The position numbers were made by a program, and so were the translations under genes. From Acidimicrobiia bacterium (GTDB lineage: Bacteria > Actinomycetota > Acidimicrobiia > Acidimicrobiales > Acidimicrobilacustridaceae), in assembly GCA_016462055.1 (NCBI GenBank), contig JAEMTX010000001.1, positions 6,612 through 48,563 on the forward strand: DNA of 41,952 nucleotides, read 5' to 3'. Under the pieces are notes generated by a model, which worked only from the letters and a program-made list of their open reading frames with translations, searched no databases and was not told the DNA's origin. Below are positions 1 through 9,467 of this stretch, one piece after another. Every line of letters begins with the position of its first letter. Within the stretch, counting starts at the first letter, position 1.

Positions 1-30
1 TACGAGTTCTCGATGTACTACGACATCTGA
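1..30 (+). CDS. glnA: Glutamine synthetase type I, 3' end (partial)
   Basis: Frame 1 reads YEFSMYYDI*, matching the typical GSI C-terminus (..PHPYEFxxYYDx). glnE and nadE lie nearby, as in actinobacterial glnA loci. Only 9 codons are visible. Confidence 0.8.
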   Translation, partial: YEFSMYYDI

Positions 31-55
31 GCCGACTGGCTACGACATCTGAGCC
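18..55 (+). repeat. 16-bp direct repeat CTACGACATCTGAGCC duplicating the glnA stop region
   Basis: Identical copies at 18-33 and 40-55, separated by 6 bp. Confidence 0.9.
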
Positions 56-90
56 CGACCATTTAAAGTTTCATTGCATGAATCGATCGA

Positions 91-118
91 GGACCGGTCC
101 ACTGGGCCGGTTCTCTTC
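91..118 (+). terminator. Putative intrinsic terminator after glnA
   Basis: Stem GGACCGGTCC/GGGCCGGTTC with G-U pairs, loop ACT, followed by pyrimidine-rich TCTTC (weak U tract). Confidence 0.55.
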
Positions 119-148
119 GCGTGTCATCAGTCGGTACGGTGGTGGGTG

Positions 149-1165
149 ATGTCCACACGTTCCGATCGGCGGATCGGCCCTTTCCTCTGTGTTTGTCTCG
201 TTGCTCTGGTTGTTTTTGTCGCGGGCTGCGAGAAGTCATCGACTACTTCTAAATCGCGTTCGGGAAGCCCTGTGGCCTCAGGCCAGAGTTCCGATACGAC
301 AGGTTCAAGCACAACAACCGCGGTGGTCCCAGCGGTGGTTCCTGTTGTCCCGACAACCGCAGCACCCAGTTCTCAGTCCACGCGTGATCGGCTGTCGGTT
401 CTTGCGGTCGATGATCGGCAAAGCCCGCAAGGCACCTATCACCGCGAAGAGTGGCCGCATTGGGCAGACGTCGATAGCAACGGATGCGACGCGCGACAAG
501 ACGCGCTTGCGGTTTGGTCAGTAGTTGCCGCAACTGTGAATCGATCAGGTACCTGCAAGGTTGTTGTTGGATCGTGGGTGTCGCCCTACGACGGAGTGGC
601 ATCGAACAATCCGAGTGACTTCGACGTTGACCACCTCGTTCCGCTTGAGAACGCATTCCGTTCTGGTGGTTGGGCATGGAGCACCGAACGTCGGCGCGCT
701 TTTGCGAACAACCCCGCCGAACTTGTTGTCGCCTCTGCGTCATCGAATCGTTCGAAGGGCTCTGATCCACCCGATCAATGGCGCCCGGCGAATCGCGACT
801 CTTGGTGTGCATATGCCGATGGTTGGGTAAAGGTGAAAAGCATGTGGGAGCTGACCGTCACTACCGCAGAACGCGATGCTCTTGGTCAGATGCTTGACAC
901 CTGTGGAATCGCTGGTCCGGTCTGGCCGTTAGGTAGCACGGCATTCACATCCCCGACAGGAGCAGCTCCTTCAGGGTCTGCCTCTGGGGGAGCGTCGGGC
1001 ACGCCGGCAGTTCCTCCTTCCCCAAGTGCACCGGCCACGGGAGCAGACGTGTACTACGCGAATTGCACGGCGGCGCGCGCTGCCGGTGCAGCACCCATAC
1101 GTGTCGGCCAGCCTGGCTATCGAACTGCTCTAGACGGAGATAAAGACGGCGTCGCGTGTGAATGA
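149..1165 (+). CDS. Secreted lipoprotein: DUF1524 (HNH-type nuclease) plus C-terminal Excalibur Ca-binding domain
   Basis: Signal peptide with lipobox VAGC, Ser/Thr/Pro linkers, DVDHLVPL..NRSKG HNH-like motif, and terminal YYANC..GYRTALDGDKDGVACE Excalibur motif. Start moved to ATG 149 (GTG 146 possible) behind a TACGGT -10 at 135-140. Confidence 0.85.
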   Translation: MSTRSDRRIGPFLCVCLVALVVFVAGCEKSSTTSKSRSGSPVASGQSSDTTGSSTTTAVVPAVVPVVPTTAAPSSQSTRDRLSVLAVDDRQSPQGTYHREEWPHWADVDSNGCDARQDALAVWSVVAATVNRSGTCKVVVGSWVSPYDGVASNNPSDFDVDHLVPLENAFRSGGWAWSTERRRAFANNPAELVVASASSNRSKGSDPPDQWRPANRDSWCAYADGWVKVKSMWELTVTTAERDALGQMLDTCGIAGPVWPLGSTAFTSPTGAAPSGSASGGASGTPAVPPSPSAPATGADVYYANCTAARAAGAAPIRVGQPGYRTALDGDKDGVACE

Positions 1166-1208
1166 AGTTCGACGCACGCGCGACGACCATCGTTACTAGG
1201 GTGCGCGC

Positions 1209-1853
1209 ATGGAGCAACTTGATCTGAACGCCGATGAACTGCTCACCACAACTCGAGCGGTGCGTAAACGGCTTGACCTTGAACGACCTATCGATCGAAC
1301 TGTTGTCGAAGAATGTCTGCGTGTTGCGTTGCAGGCGCCCAATGGATCGAATCGACAAACTTGGAACTGGGTTGTTGTTGATGATGCATCAACACGTGCA
1401 GCAATGGCTGATATCTGGCGAGGTGGGGCCGCCGATCTCGGCGCTGCAGCAGCGAATGCCGCAACACCCCCTCGGCCGCCGGGAGAACGCCAACCCGAGA
1501 TAATGGAGTCAGTTTCGTGGCTGAATCAGCACCTCCACGAAGTGCCTGTGCTCGTTGTCGCCACGGTCGATGGTCGTCCTGAAGGAGCGTCGATGTTCAC
1601 TCAAGCGACGATGTGGGGGTCGGTACTTCCTGCAGTGTGGAGTTTCATGCTGGCGTTACGCAGCCGCGCGTTGGGGAGTTGTTGGACAACCGTGCACCTT
1701 GAACGCGAACGCGAGATGGCGGAGTTGTTGGGGATTCCATTTGCTGATGTCACGCAAGCCGGGATGTTCCCGGTTGCCTACACCGTTGGCACGGAGTTCA
1801 AACCAGGGGCCCGCGAAGCTTCGGCTGACACGATTCGTTGGAATCGCTGGTAG
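1209..1853 (+). CDS. Nitroreductase family flavoprotein
   Basis: TTTRAVRKRL, APNGSNRQTW and LALRSRALGSCWTT motifs. TAGGGT lies 6 nt before the ATG. Confidence 0.9.
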   Translation: MEQLDLNADELLTTTRAVRKRLDLERPIDRTVVEECLRVALQAPNGSNRQTWNWVVVDDASTRAAMADIWRGGAADLGAAAANAATPPRPPGERQPEIMESVSWLNQHLHEVPVLVVATVDGRPEGASMFTQATMWGSVLPAVWSFMLALRSRALGSCWTTVHLEREREMAELLGIPFADVTQAGMFPVAYTVGTEFKPGAREASADTIRWNRW

Positions 1854-3278
1854 TTAGGCCTCGTTGGCGAGCAGTTGACGAACCTGCGATTCCACTGCAG
1901 TTCCGTCGAAGAACTGCGGGTTCGTTCCGGTGAAAAGACGGGCAACATTGCCGAACATGAAATCGCTGAACTGATCGCGGGTGACGAGATCGTCTTCGAT
2001 CAACTCCCACGCTTCCGGAAGAACGCCGGTGAAGTCCGGGACATCCCAGTGGCCGATGTCGGATGCGAACATTGCGCGAAGTCGCGAACCATCGGGATTG
2101 ATGGCGTCATTGAAGGCGAGAGCGTTCATGGGGTCGTCGGCTTCGCAGCCAAAGAAACACTGATCGGTGAAGATTTTAATGATGTCGGCCTTCGACGTGA
2201 TGCCGCTCTTTTCCCACTCGTCGATGGTGTTGGGCTCTTCATTGAGGTCAGAAAGAAACGACAGCGTTTCATCAAGTCGATCGGCACGATCGGTGAAGAG
2301 CGCATCGCCGTGTTCGGCGATGAGGGACTCAAGCAGCGCCCGATCGAGATGGGCGGGGTTGTAGTGCTCGATGTCCTCGCTATTGCGTTTTTCGAAGTGA
2401 CCGCAAATATCGGAAAGAAGGTTGCAACCCCACGCAACGCCGCCTTCGAGAAACGCAAAGCGCAGTTCAGGGAACCGTGACATGACGCCACCGAAGAAAA
2501 GCGAGCGAAGGACGGCCTCGGTACCCGCAGCGAAGTTGCCAATGTGATTCGCCACGTAGTTGGTGGGAGAGACGCGACTTCCGAATCCGATACCGGTTGA
2601 GTGGAATGTGGGCGAAACATTGAGTTCGGCACACCTCTTCCATAACGGGTCGTAGTCGTACATGCTGTCGAGCCCCAGACCATCAACCCAACGAGCCGCG
2701 CGGTCGCCCTCATGCCCCGGGGCATTACGAAGAACCAGTCCGCCAAAGAGAAATCCTCGAAGGCCGAGTTCTTTGGTTGCGTACTCGAGTTCGGCAATCG
2801 CTTCGTCGGGATCGTAGGTGGGGATCACGCCAACGGGAAGAAGTCGGTCGGAGTACTTGTCGTAGGCCTCGGCGTAATAGCGGTTGCACGCGCGTGCGAG
2901 CGCACGACGCAGTTCTGGGTTGTCAGTAGCCATCACCGTAAGGCCAACGGTTGGGTAGAGCACAGCGACATCGATACCGATTTCATCGAGCCGGTTGTAC
3001 AGAAGGCGTGGAAGCATTGCGGTTGCGCGGTCGAGGGTGTTGCGTGTTGGCACGGCCCACCAACCTGTTCGGCTCATGCCGTTTAATCGACGCTGATCAT
3101 CGGTGAGTCCACGTCGGGCGGTCGCACCGGCGGTGCTCATCGCTTGAAACGTGTCAGCGAGCGCCGTTCCGGCGTCGGCGGCGATTAGGTCGCGAATGGC
3201 AGGAATAAATTCGATGATGTGTCCGTCGGCGTCAATGACGGGATGATCGAGTTCGGCACGAATTGCAGCTGCGTCCAT
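1854..3278 (-). CDS. Amidohydrolase-2 family metallohydrolase
   Basis: IDADGH metal motif, PTFHS, FLEGG, FASDIGHWD. ATG 3278 follows an AGGGGG SD-like sequence. Substrate unknown. Confidence 0.85.
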   Translation of the reverse strand: MDAAAIRAELDHPVIDADGHIIEFIPAIRDLIAADAGTALADTFQAMSTAGATARRGLTDDQRRLNGMSRTGWWAVPTRNTLDRATAMLPRLLYNRLDEIGIDVAVLYPTVGLTVMATDNPELRRALARACNRYYAEAYDKYSDRLLPVGVIPTYDPDEAIAELEYATKELGLRGFLFGGLVLRNAPGHEGDRAARWVDGLGLDSMYDYDPLWKRCAELNVSPTFHSTGIGFGSRVSPTNYVANHIGNFAAGTEAVLRSLFFGGVMSRFPELRFAFLEGGVAWGCNLLSDICGHFEKRNSEDIEHYNPAHLDRALLESLIAEHGDALFTDRADRLDETLSFLSDLNEEPNTIDEWEKSGITSKADIIKIFTDQCFFGCEADDPMNALAFNDAINPDGSRLRAMFASDIGHWDVPDFTGVLPEAWELIEDDLVTRDQFSDFMFGNVARLFTGTNPQFFDGTAVESQVRQLLANEA

Positions 3279-3325
3279 AGTTGCCCCCTGAATTGTCAGG
3301 ACATCATGCCTCAAACTGGTCTGGG

Positions 3326-6052
3326 TCAGCTCTTTGAAGGCAGCCCATAGAAAAGTCTCTCGACGACCGTTCGGGATCGACGGGTGACTCGGCGATAGTG
3401 CTCGCGGAGCGCACCTGGTTCAGTGTTGAGCGAGCGAGCCAACCACAGCGCGGATTCAGGTTGGATGGGCATGGAATCACTTGGTGCGCTGTTCACCAAG
3501 AACCATCTATTGCGCACCTGTTCACAGAACTCGTAGGCCTCGTTGAGAATCTCGGCGTCATCTGGATCGAGCACATCGCCTTCGGCCAAGGCCCGGAGCC
3601 CATCGATTGTGCCGGTGGCTTTTACGCCGTATTGCAGTTGCAACATTTGAACGGTGAATTCAATATCGGACAGAGAACCCCGACCGAGTTTCAAATGAAA
3701 GTCGGGATCTTCACCCATAGGGATGCGCTCGGCTTCAATGCGAGCCTTCATCTGGCGTATCTCTCGGATGCCTTCCGCCGAGAGACCGCCGCCCCACACC
3801 CACGGCTCGATTTCATCGAGGAGCTCGTCGCCGAGTGATTGGTCACCTGCGACAACCCGTGCGCGGGTCATTGCCTGACGTTCCCATGTGAGCGCGTGTT
3901 CCCGCCAATAGATGGCGTAGGAGTCGATACCCCGAGTGAGCGGGCCGTTCTTACCTTCAGGTCGGAGGTCGCAATCAATTTCGTAGAGGCGTGTCGCTGG
4001 CGTTGAACCGGCGACCATACGCATTAATGCTTTCGCAATTTTTCGGGCTTCGTCGGTGTCGCTCGCGCTGGAACCGCGATGCACGAACATCACATCAAGG
4101 TCGCTTGTATAGGCGAGTTCAGCACCACCAAATCTTCCGACACCCAGAACAGCGAATGGAATTTGCGGATCAAGACTTTGCAGTGCAGATTCGAGAGTCG
4201 CTTCAGCAAGGGTGGTGAGGTCGTGACCGACTCGTTCAACATTGTCGTGAGCAAAGACATCACGAGCCGCGATTCCCAAGAGGTTTCGCTGTTGCCATCT
4301 TCGGAGCGATGCTTGTTGATCGGTACTTCCTTCGCGAAGTTCAACGGATGAAGTGGCGGTTGCGATGAGCCCTGCACGATCTTTCGTGACAAGTTCTTCT
4401 GGAAGTGGCAGTCGGGCGACGAGATCGGGATTCGCAGCGATGATGTCGCCCAGCAATCGACTGGTGCCAGCAATTATGCAAAGGGATTGAGCGGCAGCAG
4501 GCGATTCCCGGAACGTCTCAGCAACCTGTCGCGATTGGCGCGGTCCGGTGAGCAAATTCCGAAGAAGTAGGAGCCCAAGATCGGGGTCAGGGGACAACGA
4601 CAGCCAATCAAGAAGCAACGGCAGCATTTGCTGCATTAATCGACTTGAGCGGCGCAGCCCCCTCGTAAGTTCACCAAGGGCGGCGGCTGTGCGTCGGGCA
4701 TCGACGAAGCCGAACGCAGCGAGACGAACCTCAGTCGCTTCTGCGCTAATGGAAGTCTCATCGGTTCTTGTTGTTGCAAATGCTTCAAGTAGTGGACGGA
4801 AATACACCCGTTCATGAATACCGCGAACTGTTGTTTGAACGTGATGGAGTTCGCGTTCGAGTTGTTCGGCGGCAGTTCCTCCGGGTTCATCGTGACGACC
4901 CATGACACGCGCAAGGTGGTCAAGTGAAATCGGATCATTCGGGATGGTGTGAACTTGTTGTTCGTCAACGAGTTGAAGACGATGTTCGACAGTTCGAAGT
5001 TCTCGGTAGGCAGCAGCCATCCGCATAGCGTCGTTGTCGTCGATGTATCCGGCGTTGGCTAATTCCTCGAGCATTGTGAGCGTTGTCGGGCTGCGAAGGC
5101 CGGGGTCTTGGTGACCATGAACGAGTTGAAGAAGTTGCACGGTGAATTCGATGTCGCGGATACCACCAGGCGAGCGCTTGAGTTCGCGGTTTCCCGCTCC
5201 CGTTTTCGCTGCTTCTTCCTCGGTCCGAGCTTTCATTGCCCGCAATGACCGGAGAGCCTCGGCATCAAATGGCCGGTCCCATAGAGAACGTTGTGCAGCA
5301 TCGAGCCATCGCTCGCCAATGGCAACGTCTCCGGCCACAGGGCGTGCTTTGAGAAGCGCTTGGAACTCCCACGGTTCCGCCCAACGATTCCAGTACGAAA
5401 CGTAGGACTCAACAGAACGAACAAGCGGACCGTCGCGACCCTCGGGGCGAAGATTGGCATCGACGCGAAAACATCGGCGGGCGATGTCCATGATCGCCCG
5501 AGCTCGGTAGTCAAGAGTTTTCCGTTCACCTTCTCCGACAAACAAGATGTCGATATCACTCGAGTAGTTGAGTTCGTTTCCTCCGAGCTTCCCCATTCCG
5601 ACTACTGCGATCGAACACTGGCCGTCCTCGGTAAGTCTCCACGCTTCGTTAAGAACATCTCGGCCGAGCGCGGCGAGTGCGGCGCCGACGTCGTCGAGTG
5701 CGTCAAGACCGATTAGGTCGCGGGCCGCGATGCGAAGGAACTCAAGATTGCGCCAAGCGAGGAGATCGTCGGCCGAGGCGATGGTGGCGATCGGCCGGTG
5801 GTCAAGATTGCCGAGGACGTCAATGGCATCGCTGGGCCGGGCATCGATGAGTCGCGTCAACGAGCGGCTTGCTGCGAGAACGGCGACCAGAGCCTCGGTA
5901 AGTTTGGGAGCGCTACGAACGCGCTCAGCGAGCGGGGCAGAACGCTCAATGAGATGTGTGAGCGCCGTGCGGACCGCGGCAGGGGAAGCGCTTCGATCGG
6001 CACGATCAGCGAGTTGGCTTGGGATTGGGGACGCACCTGAGGGTGTTGCCAC
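3326..6052 (-). CDS. glnE: Bifunctional glutamine synthetase adenylyltransferase/adenylyl-removing enzyme
   Basis: Two nucleotidyltransferase domains (MGKLGGNELNYSSDIDILF and VGRFGGAELAYTSDLDVMF), plus LRPEG and GGIRDIEF motifs. Start re-called to GTG 6052, which removes the overlap with nadE and sits 7 nt after TAGCCT. Confidence 0.95.
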   Translation of the reverse strand: MATPSGASPIPSQLADRADRSASPAAVRTALTHLIERSAPLAERVRSAPKLTEALVAVLAASRSLTRLIDARPSDAIDVLGNLDHRPIATIASADDLLAWRNLEFLRIAARDLIGLDALDDVGAALAALGRDVLNEAWRLTEDGQCSIAVVGMGKLGGNELNYSSDIDILFVGEGERKTLDYRARAIMDIARRCFRVDANLRPEGRDGPLVRSVESYVSYWNRWAEPWEFQALLKARPVAGDVAIGERWLDAAQRSLWDRPFDAEALRSLRAMKARTEEEAAKTGAGNRELKRSPGGIRDIEFTVQLLQLVHGHQDPGLRSPTTLTMLEELANAGYIDDNDAMRMAAAYRELRTVEHRLQLVDEQQVHTIPNDPISLDHLARVMGRHDEPGGTAAEQLERELHHVQTTVRGIHERVYFRPLLEAFATTRTDETSISAEATEVRLAAFGFVDARRTAAALGELTRGLRRSSRLMQQMLPLLLDWLSLSPDPDLGLLLLRNLLTGPRQSRQVAETFRESPAAAQSLCIIAGTSRLLGDIIAANPDLVARLPLPEELVTKDRAGLIATATSSVELREGSTDQQASLRRWQQRNLLGIAARDVFAHDNVERVGHDLTTLAEATLESALQSLDPQIPFAVLGVGRFGGAELAYTSDLDVMFVHRGSSASDTDEARKIAKALMRMVAGSTPATRLYEIDCDLRPEGKNGPLTRGIDSYAIYWREHALTWERQAMTRARVVAGDQSLGDELLDEIEPWVWGGGLSAEGIREIRQMKARIEAERIPMGEDPDFHLKLGRGSLSDIEFTVQMLQLQYGVKATGTIDGLRALAEGDVLDPDDAEILNEAYEFCEQVRNRWFLVNSAPSDSMPIQPESALWLARSLNTEPGALREHYRRVTRRSRTVVERLFYGLPSKS

Positions 6053-6097
6053 AGAACCGAGGCTAGGGCTTGGGGCTGCGGCCCGTAGTCTGCGGGG
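6053..6097. promoter_or_regulatory. Back-to-back leaderless promoters for glnE and nadE
   Basis: TAGCCT on the minus strand (6065-6060) is 7 nt before the glnE GTG. TAGTCT (6086-6091) is 6 nt before the nadE GTG. Confidence 0.65.
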
Positions 6098-7807
6098 GTG
6101 CTCACCCTGCGCGTCGGACTCGCTCAACTCAACACAGTCGTCGGTGATATCGACGGCAACGCGTCGCGAATCATTGAATTGATCGCTGAGGCAAGCGCGT
6201 CAGGGTGTGATGTTGTCGCTTTTCCTGAGTTAGCTATCACCGGGTATCCGCCCGAAGATCTTCTTCTTCGCTCTGGATTCGTTGCCGATGTTGGCCATGC
6301 GCTCGAACGAATCGTTGCATCGACGGGAACTTGTACGGCGATTGTGGGCTACGTCGAGCAAGGATCAGAAACTCGAAGCGGTACTGACGATCACGGCGAA
6401 GAGGCGACAGGAGGCCGGTCCGCAAGTCGACCAGCGTTGTACAACGCAGCCGCAGTGTGTCGAGACGGAAGTCTGATCGGTAGCTATCGAAAGCGGGAAC
6501 TTCCGAACTATTCAGTGTTCGACGAAGCGCGCTACTTCGTTCCTGGTGAAGGTCCGATCGAAGTCTTTGACGTCAACGGTGTGAAGTTTGGTGTGTCTAT
6601 TTGTGAGGACGCGTGGACTGCCGGTGGCCCCGTTGCGGAACTCGGGCGCCAAAACGCCCAGCTCATAGTCAATATCAACGCGTCGCCGTTTAACGTCGGT
6701 AAGTCACAGGAGCGAGCCGCCGTTATCGCCGAACGAGCGAAAGAAGCGTCGGCGACCATCGTCTACGTGAATCAAGTTGGCGGTCAGGACGAACTGGTTT
6801 TTGACGGCGATTCATTGGTGATGTCGCCAGTTGGTTCGCTGCTCGCTCGTGCGCCACGGTTTGTTGAAGATCTTTATTTCGTTGATCTTGAGTTTCCTGA
6901 AGTTCGGTTAGCGACCGATCGGTTACCGCTTGCGCCGTTGGGGGTAGCGGAACTGCTGAGCGAGGAAGCCGAAGTTTGGGAAGCGCTTGTTCTAGCGACC
7001 CGAGATTTTGTGGCCAAGAATCGTTTTTCCGATGTCGTGATTGGATTATCGGGTGGCGTTGACTCAGCGCTCGTCGCCGCGATCGCCGTTGATGCGGTTG
7101 GAGCCGATCATGTCCATGGTGTGCTCATGCCGTCGCGTTATTCAAGCGACCACTCCATTTCTGATGCGGTAGCACTCGCTGAAAACTTGGATCTGGAATA
7201 CCGCACAATCGCGATCGAACCCGGGCATACCGCACTGATGGAAATGCTCTCGTCGTCCTACGACGGCAAGGCGATTGGTCTGGCCGAGGAGAATCTGCAG
7301 AGTCGACTCCGCGCCGTCACCTTGATGGGACTATCGAACGCCTTTGGTTGGCTGTTACTCAATACGGGCAACAAGAGTGAATCGTCAGTTGGTTACTCAA
7401 CGTTGTACGGAGATTCTGCGGGTGGCTACGCGGTCATTAAAGATGTTTCAAAACTTTTGGTCTATCGGCTTTGTCGGTATCGCAATGAACGCGCGGGCCG
7501 CGATCTCATTCCCCAAAACGTTTTAGTTAAGCCACCTTCGGCGGAGCTTCGTCCCGATCAGCGTGACGATCAAAGCCTTCCTTCCTACGAGGAACTTGAT
7601 CCCATTCTCGCGATGTACGTCGAAGGCGATCACTCGATTGAAGAGATCATCGCCGCTGGCCACAACCCAACTGTGGTTGAGCGCATCGTGGGACTTGTCG
7701 ACTTGGCGGAATACAAGCGCCGCCAGTCGCCTCCAGGTCCACGTGTGACTTCGAAGGCGTTCGGTAAAGACCGTCGTCTGCCCATCGTGAACCGATATCG
7801 CCGGTAG
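6098..7807 (+). CDS. nadE: Glutamine-dependent NAD+ synthetase
   Basis: N-terminal nitrilase domain (FPEL, ICEDAW) plus synthetase domain (GLSGGVDS, TGNKSE, PPSAELRPDQ). Confidence 0.96.
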   Translation: MLTLRVGLAQLNTVVGDIDGNASRIIELIAEASASGCDVVAFPELAITGYPPEDLLLRSGFVADVGHALERIVASTGTCTAIVGYVEQGSETRSGTDDHGEEATGGRSASRPALYNAAAVCRDGSLIGSYRKRELPNYSVFDEARYFVPGEGPIEVFDVNGVKFGVSICEDAWTAGGPVAELGRQNAQLIVNINASPFNVGKSQERAAVIAERAKEASATIVYVNQVGGQDELVFDGDSLVMSPVGSLLARAPRFVEDLYFVDLEFPEVRLATDRLPLAPLGVAELLSEEAEVWEALVLATRDFVAKNRFSDVVIGLSGGVDSALVAAIAVDAVGADHVHGVLMPSRYSSDHSISDAVALAENLDLEYRTIAIEPGHTALMEMLSSSYDGKAIGLAEENLQSRLRAVTLMGLSNAFGWLLLNTGNKSESSVGYSTLYGDSAGGYAVIKDVSKLLVYRLCRYRNERAGRDLIPQNVLVKPPSAELRPDQRDDQSLPSYEELDPILAMYVEGDHSIEEIIAAGHNPTVVERIVGLVDLAEYKRRQSPPGPRVTSKAFGKDRRLPIVNRYRR

Positions 7808-7838
7808 TCGAGGCGGTGCTTCGCCTAACCTTCAGCAC

Positions 7839-8387
7839 ATGGAGTTCCTTACCGCAGGCGAGTCAGTTGATCGCATGGCGTCGTATTGCCGTGTTGAACA
7901 GTTGCTGTTCGGACTCCTTGGCCGATGGGCGGCCGATGTGAGTGAGCCGATCGCGAAGCTCACACTCGTTGCTACCGCCGATCACTGTGCGTGGCGGTCA
8001 CGGCGCTGGTTTGAAATGTTGCCGACTGCGGCTCCCGGACCCGACGCGTTCCTGGCACTAACTGACATTGAGCATGAGGTGTTCACTCTCGTTGCTGAGC
8101 TCGCCGGATCCTCGCAGGGCGCACAGATGGTTCTGGCGTATGAAGAGCTGCTCCCAGCACTTCGTGGGGCCATGATCGAGCATCTTGAGCGGACCACCGC
8201 CGTCGCCGATGGCCCTATCCGCCGGTTGCTCGGAATTGCCATTACCGATATCTCCAACGATCTTGAGACGAGTATCGGCCCAAGAGAAGTGGTGCTGGCA
8301 CTGGCCGAGGAGCGGGCTTACGCCGAGCAGAGCAAGGCCGGTATTGCCGGAGCAACGAACCAAATCCGCCAGATTTTTGGGGCCTGA
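7839..8387 (+). CDS. Hypothetical helical protein (possibly ferritin-like)
   Basis: Fills the gap between nadE and the sigma gene. TAACCT lies 7 nt before the ATG. The fold guess is weak. Confidence 0.7.
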   Translation: MEFLTAGESVDRMASYCRVEQLLFGLLGRWAADVSEPIAKLTLVATADHCAWRSRRWFEMLPTAAPGPDAFLALTDIEHEVFTLVAELAGSSQGAQMVLAYEELLPALRGAMIEHLERTTAVADGPIRRLLGIAITDISNDLETSIGPREVVLALAEERAYAEQSKAGIAGATNQIRQIFGA

Positions 8388-8500
8388 CGGCTCTTTCCCG
8401 ATCAATTCGGCTTCGCTTGGTTGGGGGGCTTGACCGGACCGGTATCGTTGACAGACCCCGGCGGCTCCCATGGCCGATTCTCCGGGCCCAAGTCTGAGGT

Positions 8501-9442
8501 GTGGCAGTGGCTAAGGAACGTGTTGAACGCGACGAAGAAGATCTCGTCCGTCTCTATCTGACCGACATTGGCCAGTACCCCCTGCTCACAAAGGACGACG
8601 AAGTTCGCTTGGCCCAGGCCATCGAGGGTGGCGTCGCTGCTCGCGCTGAAGTTGAAGCAACGAAGACCCTCACCGTTGCTCGCAAGCGTGAACTGAAGCG
8701 TTCAATAAAGCAGGGCGACGACGCCGAGCGCACGTTCGTGCAGTCCAACCTTCGTCTCGTTGTTTCGATCGCCAAGAAGTATCAAGCCTCTGGCCTTCCC
8801 CTTCTTGATCTCATTCAAGAAGGAAACCTCGGTCTCATGCATGCCGTCGAAAAGTTCGACTGGCGCAAGGGTTTCAAGTTTTCGACCTACGCCACATGGT
8901 GGATCCGTCAGGCCATCACTCGCGGTATCGCAAACACAGGTCGCACCATCCGTCTCCCAGTTCACGCTGGCGACACGCTTGCTCGATTGCAGAAGGCGCG
9001 TGCGCGTCTTGAACTGAAGCTCGGTCGTCCCGCAACTCTCGCCGAACTTTCGGCCGAGGTTGAAATGCCGGAAGACAAAGTCACCGAAGCGCTTCGCTTC
9101 GCTGCCGAACCTCTTTCGCTTTCTGAGCCGCTTCGTGAAGATGGCGACGCCGAACTTGGCGACGTTGTTGAAGATCGCTCGGCCGAATCGCCCTTCGAAG
9201 TCGCCGCTACTGCGCTCCTCCCCGAAGAGATCAGCCGTTTGCTTTCACCTCTCGACGAGCGTGAGCGCGAAATCCTCAAACTTCGTTTCGGCCTCGATCG
9301 TGGTGAACCTCGCACGCTTGAAGAGGTTGGCGAGCATTTCAATCTCACTCGTGAGCGAATCCGTCAGATCGAAGCGCGGGCCATGTCGAAGCTTCGTCAT
9401 CCGTCGTCAGACACTGGCGCTCGCGACCTGCTCGCCGTCTGA
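8501..9442 (+). CDS. RNA polymerase sigma-70 factor, RpoD/SigB-like, lacking region 1.1
   Basis: DLVRLYL (1.2), SNLRLVVSIAKKY, DLIQEGNLGL, FSTYATWWIRQAI and TRERIRQIE. GTG 8507, after GAGGT, is an alternative start. Confidence 0.93.
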   Translation: MAVAKERVERDEEDLVRLYLTDIGQYPLLTKDDEVRLAQAIEGGVAARAEVEATKTLTVARKRELKRSIKQGDDAERTFVQSNLRLVVSIAKKYQASGLPLLDLIQEGNLGLMHAVEKFDWRKGFKFSTYATWWIRQAITRGIANTGRTIRLPVHAGDTLARLQKARARLELKLGRPATLAELSAEVEMPEDKVTEALRFAAEPLSLSEPLREDGDAELGDVVEDRSAESPFEVAATALLPEEISRLLSPLDEREREILKLRFGLDRGEPRTLEEVGEHFNLTRERIRQIEARAMSKLRHPSSDTGARDLLAV

Positions 9443-9467
9443 TCGCTTCGCGGAGTAACCCGCGGCT

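Noticed and set aside
149-1165. DUF1524 as a GmrSD type IV restriction system
   Set aside because: No DUF262 partner, and the lipoprotein signal and Excalibur domain indicate export.
8448-8453. Perfect TTGACA upstream of the sigma70 gene
   Set aside because: No plausible -10 at 16-19 nt spacing.
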